A stretch of DNA of 64,000 nt from NCBI GenBank assembly GCA_964394555.1, contig CAYMXW010000001.1, positions 16,692 to 80,691 on the forward strand, read 5' to 3'. The notes under the pieces are model-generated. The model ran no database searches. It was not told the DNA's origin and saw nothing but the letters and a program-made list of their open reading frames with translations. The stretch's first letter is position 1, and each line of letters begins with the position of its first letter. Position numbers and translations under genes: made by a program. This DNA is from an uncultured Candidatus Saccharibacteria bacterium. GTDB lineage: Bacteria; Patescibacteriota; Saccharimonadia; Saccharimonadales; Saccharimonadaceae. Positions 30,565-38,835 of this stretch are shown here, one piece after another.

Positions 30565-31152
30565 TTATTCGGTGACGCCGAGTTCAATGCGCTTGAATTG
30601 GCGGACGGAAATGTTTTCGCCGGTTTTGGCGATGTTATCTTTGATGTAGTCGGCAACCGTCTTAGTGTCGTCAAGAATATAAGGTTGGTTAAGTAAGATT
30701 TTATCGGCAAAGGCTTTTTTAATTTGACCTTCTAAAATCATATCTTTTTTGTCTTCGGGACCTTTAAAGTTGGCTTCGAGTTCTTTTTTCTTGGCTTTCA
30801 TAACATCTTCGGGGATGTCGTCTTCGCTGACATAAAGGGGCGCCATGCTAGCGATTTGCATAGCGAGTTTGTGAGCGAGGTCTTTAAATTCATCGGTTTT
30901 GGCAACGAAACTAGTTTCGCAGTTGACTTCAACGATAGCGCCGAGACGACCATCGTGGATGTAGGCTTCGACAAGACCTTCGCGAGTTTCGCGGTCACCG
31001 CGTTTTTCAGCTTTGGTGAGGCCTTTTTTGCGCATCGCTTCGAGGGCTTTATCAAAATCACCGTTGGCTTCAACGAGCGCTTTTTTAGCATCAGTCAAAC
31101 CAACACCAGATAATTCTTTAAGTTTTTTGATTTCTTCGATAGATACAGTCAT
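30565..31152 (-). CDS. tsf: Elongation factor Ts (short form)
   Basis: IKKLKELSGVGLTDAKKAL and EVNCETSFVAK. Confidence 0.97.
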   Translation of the reverse strand: MTVSIEEIKKLKELSGVGLTDAKKALVEANGDFDKALEAMRKKGLTKAEKRGDRETREGLVEAYIHDGRLGAIVEVNCETSFVAKTDEFKDLAHKLAMQIASMAPLYVSEDDIPEDVMKAKKKELEANFKGPEDKKDMILEGQIKKAFADKILLNQPYILDDTKTVADYIKDNIAKTGENISVRQFKRIELGVTE

Positions 31153-31838
31153 TATTTTTTGCCCTCCTTAATGGCCTCGACGAAATAGTCGAGAATTAGT
31201 TTGACGGACTTAACGGCGTCGTCATTAGCCGGAATTACGTAGTCGATGCCGGTAGGATCGACGTTGGTGTCACAAATAGCATAGACCGGGATGTGCAGAG
31301 TCTTGGCTTCTTTGATAGCGTTTTTATCGACGATGGCGTCGGTGACGATGATAGCAGATGGTTTTTCCATCATATCTTTGATGCCGCCGTAGCGTTCGTT
31401 GAGTAGGTCGATTTCGTCTTGAAGGCGTTGAACTTCGAGCTTGGAATAACGACTTTCTAGTTCGCCCGATGCCATGCGGCGCTCCAAATCTTTCAGTTTT
31501 TTAATTTGACGATTGATGGTAGATGAATTAGTCAGAGTACCACCGACCCAACGCGAAGTGACATAAAACATGCCAGCATCTTCAGCAGCAGCTTTAGTGA
31601 TGTCTTTAAGTTGTTTCTTAGTGCCGACAAACATAACCTTTTTGCCGTCTTTGGCAAGCTTAGTGATGCTTTCTAGTGCATCATTCAATGCCTCGACGGT
31701 TGCTTCTAGATTAATAATGTGGGCGTTTTGGCGCTTGCTATGAATATAAGGCGCCATTTTAGGATGCCAGCGGCTAGTGCGATGACCAAAATGAGCACCA
31801 GCTCCGAGCAAGTCCTTAATATCGACTTTTACAGCCAT
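31152..31838 (-). CDS. rpsB: 30S ribosomal protein S2
   Basis: GAHFGH..SRWHPKM, RWVGGTLTN and DTNVDP. Confidence 0.98.
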   Translation of the reverse strand: MAVKVDIKDLLGAGAHFGHRTSRWHPKMAPYIHSKRQNAHIINLEATVEALNDALESITKLAKDGKKVMFVGTKKQLKDITKAAAEDAGMFYVTSRWVGGTLTNSSTINRQIKKLKDLERRMASGELESRYSKLEVQRLQDEIDLLNERYGGIKDMMEKPSAIIVTDAIVDKNAIKEAKTLHIPVYAICDTNVDPTGIDYVIPANDDAVKSVKLILDYFVEAIKEGKK

Positions 31839-31845
31839 AGTTTCC

Positions 31846-31884
31846 TTTCCTGCGCTACGGGTTTAATCAGGAAATCTCCCGTAG
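31846..31884 (-). promoter_or_regulatory. H-type pseudoknot in the rpsB leader (putative S2 autoregulatory element)
   Basis: Minus strand CTACGGG-AGA-TTTCCTG-ATTAAA-CCCGTAG-CG-CAGGAAA-GGAAACT-ATG: two perfect, crossing 7-bp stems. Confidence 0.7.
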
Positions 31885-31960
31885 TTGATTCATTAAAATT
31901 GATAACTACTTCTATTATAGCACAGATTGAGAAAAAATTCAAGGTTTTAAAAAGGATCGT

Positions 31961-31987
31961 AAAAAAAGGCCCCCTTAAAAGGAGCCT
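31961..31987 (-). terminator. Intrinsic terminator after the 32004-33350 gene
   Basis: Minus strand AGGCTCC-TTTTAA-GGGGCCT followed by a T run. Confidence 0.7.
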
Positions 31988-32003
31988 GATTACGTTAGCA
32001 AGT

Positions 32004-33350
32004 TCAATCTGCTTCTAATTTCTTCAGATATTCTTCATCTGCGTCATGTTCTTTTAGTGCTCGGTAGATACCAAAACGTTCACCGCTGGTTGCTAACCGT
32101 TCATAATCTAAGTGCATCGCAATTGCATCTGCTGTCGTCACTTTGATTCCGGCGTCTAGCAATTCCAGCGCAATTCGCACGTGGGCGTCAGACCAGATTT
32201 CGTCCTCGTCTTCAAATCTTTTAGCATAACTTAGGTAAACCAAATCTGCTTCTATATCGGCACCATGCCAGGTTAAGGTTAGCATTCGCCTTAGACAGTC
32301 CATCGTGCCAATTTTATCTTGATGCTCACGGCAATAGGCGTAGAAACTCCGCCCCAGCGCTTTGATAATATCTTTTTGCTTAAAACGACGCAAAAACTCA
32401 TCAAAGTCTTCCGGATATCCTTGATGATATTCGAACAAGATTTCTCCCGGAAAATATTCCAGTAATTTGTCGAGCTTTAGCCTAAAATTATCAGCGTATT
32501 TTACTAAATCTTCATCGTTACGACAATCGAAGATGTCAAAAATCTTCAACATTAAGGTGTTACTGATCAGCCATTCGGGTGTGATTTTGACCCCAGCAAA
32601 CTCTTTACCAGAGCACTCTATGAAAGTTCTCTTATTAAGATGGTCACAACTACGTTTTACCAAGTACCTAACTTCGTCGTCGCCTATTAGTTCCTTGTCT
32701 CGCAAGAAAGCCAGATTTTCTTCGTATCTTGATCCCAATACTAAATCGCTTCTTGCTGCTCTATTTTTTAATATGTCCCATAACCGTTGCTCAAGCATCA
32801 TTTTGGCGTCAAAACCGATTTCATCCACTAGCCATTTAAGATTACGCCCAATTATGACGTAGTTAATTTCTTTAATCAAAAGCTCTTCGCTAGCACCAAG
32901 CTTCTTAAATATGACGATTTCTGTCAAATCGTGGGGTTCGGTATGATCAACAACTAGCCAATTAATATCAGCGCCAGTTGCTACCAGCTTGTATAGATTA
33001 TTATGAGTTACATTATTTGTTTCAAAATATTCTCTACACACTGCCGTTGATGGATGATTTACGGCTTCATAAAGTAGCGTTTTTAAGTCAATTTCTGCTC
33101 CATATGATACCAGCTCAGAATGCCATTTAATAATATCATTATAGGTCATCATAGTTGCTACTTTGTTAGGATTTACACCGGCTTTCAAAAAATCCAAACA
33201 GTATACAGCTAAGATTTTTTGAACTTGCCGTCGCTCATAGTCGTCGCTATTGATAAAAAATATCTCCAAATATTCAAAAAACTCCGCATAATTATCCTTG
33301 ACTTTCATAAACTCTGCCAACATTTGTTTTAATTTTTCCGAAATAGACAT
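32004..33350 (-). CDS. Hypothetical helical-repeat protein (ankyrin-like motifs)
   Basis: ATG at 33350 with a GGAGGTGA SD. Recurring L..G(A/V)(D/E/N)I-like motifs: KAGVNPN, SYGAEID, ATGADIN, WHGADIE, DAGIKVT. Confidence 0.55.
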   Translation of the reverse strand: MSISEKLKQMLAEFMKVKDNYAEFFEYLEIFFINSDDYERRQVQKILAVYCLDFLKAGVNPNKVATMMTYNDIIKWHSELVSYGAEIDLKTLLYEAVNHPSTAVCREYFETNNVTHNNLYKLVATGADINWLVVDHTEPHDLTEIVIFKKLGASEELLIKEINYVIIGRNLKWLVDEIGFDAKMMLEQRLWDILKNRAARSDLVLGSRYEENLAFLRDKELIGDDEVRYLVKRSCDHLNKRTFIECSGKEFAGVKITPEWLISNTLMLKIFDIFDCRNDEDLVKYADNFRLKLDKLLEYFPGEILFEYHQGYPEDFDEFLRRFKQKDIIKALGRSFYAYCREHQDKIGTMDCLRRMLTLTWHGADIEADLVYLSYAKRFEDEDEIWSDAHVRIALELLDAGIKVTTADAIAMHLDYERLATSGERFGIYRALKEHDADEEYLKKLEAD

Positions 33351-33469
33351 TCTATCACCTCCGTCAAAACTAGAACTCACTAACGTTAAAGAACGAGAAT
33401 ACCCCCCAATCCTTTCTGTAATTATAACATAAAATCTCCTATTTGAAAACCCCATGTTATAATAGATTT

Positions 33470-36400
33470 ATGAAACTAAACCAAGCTCAGCGTGCAGCGG
33501 TAGAATACTTAGATGGCCCTCTGCTTGTCCTGGCTGGTCCTGGTACCGGCAAAACCCAACTCCTTAGTAGCAAGGTAGCTTATATCTTAGAGCACACCGA
33601 TACTAATCCCGAGAATATCCTCTGTATCACCTTTACCGAGAGTGGCACTGCTAACATGCGCGAACGCTTAAAGAGTATCATTAAAAAATCTGCCAATAAA
33701 ATTCATATTAGCACCTATCATCAATTTGGTACCGACATTCTTTTTGAATATCAGCAATACAGCACCGAGCTTACTCGCAAGCTCGACGATGTCATCAGCG
33801 AAGTCAGCGCCTACAAAATCATCAAAGATATCCTCAAAGACCTTCCGCCTCGCGATATTCTCAAAAACGATAATATAAAAGACATTATTAGCACCATCAG
33901 CGAAGCTAAGTCCGCTCGTCTTACTAGCGACGACCTTGCTAAAATCTCCGAACATAATGAAGCTGAAAGCGCGTCTTTAAACGCCGAAATCGCCCCTGTT
34001 CTAGCCCTTACCACCGGCAAAACCCTCAAATTCGACACCGCCCTAAACGAAGTCTACCAACCCCTTGGCGAAATCCTCGCCAAGCACACTACTAATAAAC
34101 CCATCACCAAGCATATTGAGCCTCTCACCAACCATCTCGCCCGCACCCTTAATGAAGCGATCGCTACCGAACTCGCTAAGGACAAGCCGTCTATGAAATC
34201 CCTCACCAATTGGCGTAATGCTAATTTTGAGCTTGACCGACAACATAATTGGCGTCTCAAAAATATAGTCGCCAACAAAAAGCTCATCAGCCTTGCCAAT
34301 GTTATGAGTCAATATCAGGCCCACCTCGAAAAAAATGGCCTTTATGATTTCGATGATATGATTGAACTCGCTATTCAGGCATTAAAAAACGACCGCGGCT
34401 TTCGCCTTACTCTTAGCGAAAAGTATCAATACATCCTACTCGACGAATTTCAGGACACCAACCCGGCTCAATTTGAACTAATCAAACTTCTCACCGACTA
34501 CGAAAAGCCCAACATCATGGCAGTCGGCGATGACGATCAAGCAATTTTCGCTTTTCAGGGCGCTAATGTTTCTAATCTCTTTGATTTTAAAGAACATTAT
34601 GAGGCCAAAACCGTCGTCCTCACCGAGAACTATCGTAGCACGCAGGATATTCTCGACCTCTCCCGTAATATTGCTAATCAATTGGATGAGAGTTTTGCAA
34701 AAAATCACCAAATCACGAAAAATTTGTTGGCCAAAAACCCAGCTACACCAAACACCATTGAACGTCACAGTTTTCCCGAAGCTAATACTGAATACGCCTG
34801 GGTCGCTGAACAGATTCAAGCGCTTATTAGCCAAGGCGAGAATCCTGCAGATATTGCCGTTATTGCCCCTAAGCATAAATATATTACTCCACTTTTGCCG
34901 CATTTTAAGATTCATAATCTCCCCATTGCTTACGAGAAAAAAGATAATATTTTTGACGATCTTGCCATTCGACAATTAATCAAACTCGCTCGTTTTGTTT
35001 ACAAACTTGCTCAAAACGAGCCAACTTCTCATCTTGCCCTCGAAGTTCTATCTTTTCCGTTTTGGGAGATAGATCCTTTAACTGCTATCAAAATTACTCA
35101 CAAAGCTCACATCGACAAGCGTCCCATCCTTGAGGCTCTAGCACATTCCGACGATCCCGCCATCATCAAAATCCGTGATTTTATTACTGGACTCATAACT
35201 CAAGCTTATGATGCTCCGCTTGAACTTTTTCTTGACTATCTCATCGGTACTGCCGCAATGCCAAATTACAATCCCTCGCCATTTCTTAGCTACTACCAAA
35301 ATCACCAGACCGACTACGATATTTATCAACTTTACAATTACTTACACGTCCTTCGCGATGCTTGCATCAAGCATACTAAGCCGCTTACTTCGCCTCGCCT
35401 TAAAGAGTTTATTAGCTTTGTCGATGATTACGAGGAAGCTAAATACCAACTTATTAATACCAGCCCTTACCAGACTGCCAGTCAAGCCGTTCAACTCATG
35501 TCTGCACACAAAGCCAAGGGGCTTGAATTTAAATATGTTTTTCTAATTGCCGTGGATGATCGTGCCTGGGGTAACTCCAAGGGTAATAATAATATGCTCT
35601 CTCTACCGAAAAATCTCATCCAAATTCGTCATACTGGTGCTACTGATGACGAGTGTATTCGTCTCTTCTTCGTCGCTATCACTCGCGCCAAATCGCACCT
35701 TTATCTCACCAATTCTGATGCTGACTTCTCTGCTAAGTCCGCCGACTCACTCGAATATCTAAATGAGCACGATAATCTCTCACCATTTTTACCAGTTAAC
35801 AACCAAACTATTATCAGGCATGATCAAAATTCGGATCAACTTTTGCAAACTCTCCACACCGGCTGGGTAGCTGCCTATCAAAAACTCGATACTAACCTCA
35901 AAGATTTGCTAATCAAATCGCTTGATAATTATCGTCTCACCGCTACCGATCTCACCACCTTTATTGATCTCAGATACGCCGGCCCGCAAACTTTTTACCA
36001 AAATTGCGTGCTTAGAGCGCCGAAGGAGCCCATGAGTAACAACATCATTCTTGGAAACCTCATTCATAGTGTTTTTGAACGTGTTACAAAAGAGAAAATT
36101 GACGATTCAGAAGCGCTTGAATATTTTAGAGAGCGCCTAGACGAGCAGCCACTCACCGCTACAGACCGCGCTGAAATACTCGAAAATGGCACCCATGCGC
36201 TCGAAATTTCTCTAAAAGAGTTCGGCGTTTTGCTACGCGCTTCCACCGCTATGTCAGAAGTCGATTTTCGCACTCATCATATTCAGGCCGACAATGTCCC
36301 TATTACTGGCAAAATTGACCACATGCAAATTGACAAACCTCACAAGGTCATAAGCATTTACGATTTCAAGACTGGCAATCACCACGCACCAGGCAAACGC

Positions 36401-36751
36401 GCCGGTTGGCAAAGTAATCTCTCTCTCTTCAAATATTCTCTCCAGCTTGAATTTTATAAACTCTTGCTCAAAAATTCACCCGAATACCAAAATTATCAAA
36501 TCGACGAAGGACACATTCTCTTTATCAACCCCAGCAAAGAGGACGACGCGGTTTATGACGAAACTTACACCTTTACTGATGATTCCGCTAAAGAATTTCT
36601 TGAACTTGCCAAGGCGGTCTATCATCAAATTAAAACTCTTGATTTTGTCAATGATCCAGAATTCAATCTCCCCACAGATGACGACGCCACGCTCAAAGAT
36701 GTCAAAAATTTCATCGCGCTCTTGCTTGCAAAATCTGCTCAGTTATCGTAA
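33470..36751 (+). CDS. UvrD/PcrA-family helicase fused to a C-terminal PD-(D/E)xK nuclease (AddA/AdnB-like)
   Basis: LAGPGTGKT, LLDEFQDTN, VGDDDQAIF, NYRS, SAHKAKGLEF and FFVAITRAK; C-terminal GKIDH...IYDFKTG...QLEFY. Confidence 0.92.
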   Translation: MKLNQAQRAAVEYLDGPLLVLAGPGTGKTQLLSSKVAYILEHTDTNPENILCITFTESGTANMRERLKSIIKKSANKIHISTYHQFGTDILFEYQQYSTELTRKLDDVISEVSAYKIIKDILKDLPPRDILKNDNIKDIISTISEAKSARLTSDDLAKISEHNEAESASLNAEIAPVLALTTGKTLKFDTALNEVYQPLGEILAKHTTNKPITKHIEPLTNHLARTLNEAIATELAKDKPSMKSLTNWRNANFELDRQHNWRLKNIVANKKLISLANVMSQYQAHLEKNGLYDFDDMIELAIQALKNDRGFRLTLSEKYQYILLDEFQDTNPAQFELIKLLTDYEKPNIMAVGDDDQAIFAFQGANVSNLFDFKEHYEAKTVVLTENYRSTQDILDLSRNIANQLDESFAKNHQITKNLLAKNPATPNTIERHSFPEANTEYAWVAEQIQALISQGENPADIAVIAPKHKYITPLLPHFKIHNLPIAYEKKDNIFDDLAIRQLIKLARFVYKLAQNEPTSHLALEVLSFPFWEIDPLTAIKITHKAHIDKRPILEALAHSDDPAIIKIRDFITGLITQAYDAPLELFLDYLIGTAAMPNYNPSPFLSYYQNHQTDYDIYQLYNYLHVLRDACIKHTKPLTSPRLKEFISFVDDYEEAKYQLINTSPYQTASQAVQLMSAHKAKGLEFKYVFLIAVDDRAWGNSKGNNNMLSLPKNLIQIRHTGATDDECIRLFFVAITRAKSHLYLTNSDADFSAKSADSLEYLNEHDNLSPFLPVNNQTIIRHDQNSDQLLQTLHTGWVAAYQKLDTNLKDLLIKSLDNYRLTATDLTTFIDLRYAGPQTFYQNCVLRAPKEPMSNNIILGNLIHSVFERVTKEKIDDSEALEYFRERLDEQPLTATDRAEILENGTHALEISLKEFGVLLRASTAMSEVDFRTHHIQADNVPITGKIDHMQIDKPHKVISIYDFKTGNHHAPGKRAGWQSNLSLFKYSLQLEFYKLLLKNSPEYQNYQIDEGHILFINPSKEDDAVYDETYTFTDDSAKEFLELAKAVYHQIKTLDFVNDPEFNLPTDDDATLKDVKNFIALLLAKSAQLS

Positions 36752-36841
36752 AATAGCAAAGCTAGCACTAACCAGTGTTAAAATTGCATGATGAATACGT
36801 CCGCTATTGTCGTATTAGTTCTTTGAAAGGAGGTGAGATGG

Positions 36842-37021
36842 TTGACTTACACTTGCAAATATTGTGGTCAAATCCACTTGACCGAAAGAGATATGCACGA
36901 CTGCCCCTGCCGGAAGCGCAAAAGCACTTGTCCGCGCTGTAACGGCACCGGTGTTATCGCTGGCGGATTTCTGTCCCCCAATATCGAATGCCCACGCTGT
37001 CAAGGCACCGGCAAAGTCTAA
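36842..37021 (+). CDS. Small Cys-rich zinc-finger protein (two DnaJ-type CxxCxGxG repeats)
   Basis: TTG start 5 nt after AGGAGGTGA; CKYC, HDCPC, CPRCNGTG and CPRCQGTG. Confidence 0.7.
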   Translation: MTYTCKYCGQIHLTERDMHDCPCRKRKSTCPRCNGTGVIAGGFLSPNIECPRCQGTGKV

Positions 37022-37036
37022 GCCATCACTCCAAAA

Positions 37037-37161
37037 AGCAATCTAAACTACAAATTTGCGAAATCATAAAGGAAGTTCTCACGAGAACTTCCAAGTGAGC
37101 ATCGCCCGTAACGACGGGCCGATGCGAACGAGATTGAGAAAATTTCGTAGTTTAGGTTGCT
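37037..37161. repeat. Palindromic element copy 2 (intergenic, three-way junction)
   Basis: ~28-bp imperfect outer arms enclose a perfect 10-bp hairpin (37071-37092) and the family core hairpin GCATCGCCCGT-AACG-ACGGGCCGATGC (37099-37125). Confidence 0.8.
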
Positions 37162-37501
37162 ATTTTTCAGCTTCGGATTCCTTAGCCGCCTTCTTTGCTG
37201 CTTCCTTAGCAGCTTTGGCGGCTTTATTGCTTAGTGCCGCCTTGCGCTCGGCCGCTTTCGCGGCGCGTGCCTTAAAGCGATCTACGCGACCCTCGGTATC
37301 GATAATCTTCTCTTCACCAGTGAAGAACGGGTGTGATGCCGAAGAAATCTGAATTTTTACCAACGGATATTCTTTGCCGTCTGTCCACTTAATAGTCTCC
37401 TCGCTTTTGGCGGTGGACTTCGTCAAAAACGAAAACTTTGCCGCTTCGTCAGAAAATACGACATAGTTATAATCTTTAGGGTGTAACTCTTTATTGCTCA
37501 T
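37160..37501 (-). CDS. rpmE: 50S ribosomal protein L31 (type B, Cys-free) with an Ala/Lys-rich tail
   Basis: KELHPKDY, ISSASHPFFTG and IDTEGRVDRF. Confidence 0.95.
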   Translation of the reverse strand: MSNKELHPKDYNYVVFSDEAAKFSFLTKSTAKSEETIKWTDGKEYPLVKIQISSASHPFFTGEEKIIDTEGRVDRFKARAAKAAERKAALSNKAAKAAKEAAKKAAKESEAEK

Positions 37502-37566
37502 AATTCCTGCTATTATATCAAACTTCCTCAGATTTGACAACTGCGACTTTGAGATTTTGCCTGAAG

Positions 37567-38835
37567 CTAAGTGGCAGTTTTACGTTGTAGCACAATTAGG
37601 TTCTCGATGTGGGGAGTGCGGGGGAAGAAATTGAAGGGCTGGAGATGAGTAATTTGGTATTTTTGCTGGAGAATCTGGACATCGCGAGCTTGAGTGGCGG
37701 GGTTGCAAGAGAGGTAAATGATAGTAGGCGGGTGCTCGGCTAGGAGTTTGTCTAGAAGTTTGGCGTGGCAACCGGCGCGAGGGGGATCGAGAATTACGGT
37801 GGTGTCGTTTTCGATAAAATCAAGTGCGTCTTCAGATTTACTAAGAAATGTTGAAATGTTACTCTTGGGGACGCGTCCGGTCGGCCCGTCGCCACGGGCG
37901 ACCGGCGCTGCTTCTCGCGCTGCCGCGCTCCGAACGCCCCCAAGAGCAGCATTTCCAACATTTCTAACCAGTTCCGAATAGGCGGATTTGTCGACTTCGA
38001 CGAGAGTTAAAGTGCGGTCGCGAGCAACTGAGAGACCAATGGTGCCGACGCCAGCGTAAAGATCAAGTACTTTATTAGTAGTAATATGGCGTTTAATTTC
38101 GGTAAGGGCCATTTCGTAAACTGGTAGGTTGATTTGGAAAAAGCCGTTGGGTGAATAGGAATATTCGTAGCCGAGAATAGTGTCGGTGAGGGGTGTAAAA
38201 GTAGGGTGGGGCTGACCGTTTTCGTAGAGGCCGCCGCTGACAGTTCCCTGCTGGTTGCAACGCAGGAGCAGAGATTGAAAGCGACGCGCTTCGGCATGCT
38301 CGGCATTAAGCTGGTCGACGATTTCAGTAGCCTTTTTGAAAATCTCGGGGCGTTCTAGGCTAGACTGAGTAATCGGGATTTTGTAATGGGAGCCGCGTTG
38401 ATGAAAGGCAAGGCTGATTTTGCTCGTCTCGTTATCCCAATAAAGCGCATATTCCATTTTATTGCGATAATGAAAATCTTTATTATCAGTTACAGGAAGT
38501 CTTTCAAACATGTCTGTTTGAAAGACTTCTTTGACCAACAAAGACTTTTGTTCTAGTTCATAATCGTAATCCATAATTTGCCAAGGCGAGGTGGAGAGGT
38601 AGCAAGCGTCACGAGGTTCGACGCGGTGCAAAGAGTGGTCAGCGGTTTTGGCAGCGATGGCTTCGATGTAGTGGGTTTTAATTTTGGTGGGTTTGAATTC
38701 GATGACGGTTTCGCCTGGCAGAGCGTTCCAAAACATGGCTTTTTTACCATCGGAAAGTGTGCCGATTCCCTGTCCACCAGGAATCAAGCTAGTAATCTTG
38801 ACTTTTTCGGAAGATATGTTCTGATATTTATTCAT
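37567..38835 (-). CDS. RlmD/TrmA-family RNA m5U methyltransferase with an in-frame palindromic insertion
   Basis: TRAM-like N-terminus, YRNKME, FFQIN, LDLYAGVG, LDPPRAG, YLSCNP and FFPRTPHIE. Confidence 0.92.
   Translation of the reverse strand: MNKYQNISSEKVKITSLIPGGQGIGTLSDGKKAMFWNALPGETVIEFKPTKIKTHYIEAIAAKTADHSLHRVEPRDACYLSTSPWQIMDYDYELEQKSLLVKEVFQTDMFERLPVTDNKDFHYRNKMEYALYWDNETSKISLAFHQRGSHYKIPITQSSLERPEIFKKATEIVDQLNAEHAEARRFQSLLLRCNQQGTVSGGLYENGQPHPTFTPLTDTILGYEYSYSPNGFFQINLPVYEMALTEIKRHITTNKVLDLYAGVGTIGLSVARDRTLTLVEVDKSAYSELVRNVGNAALGGVRSAAAREAAPVARGDGPTGRVPKSNISTFLSKSEDALDFIENDTTVILDPPRAGCHAKLLDKLLAEHPPTIIYLSCNPATQARDVQILQQKYQITHLQPFNFFPRTPHIENLIVLQRKTAT
37844..37965. repeat. Palindromic element copy 3 (inside the methyltransferase reading frame)
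   Basis: ~27-bp arms AGAAATGTTGAAATGTTACTCTTGGGG / CCCCAAGAGCAGCATTTCCAACATTTCT; core CCGGTCGGCCCGT-CGCC-ACGGGCGACCGG at 37877-37905. Confidence 0.8.
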
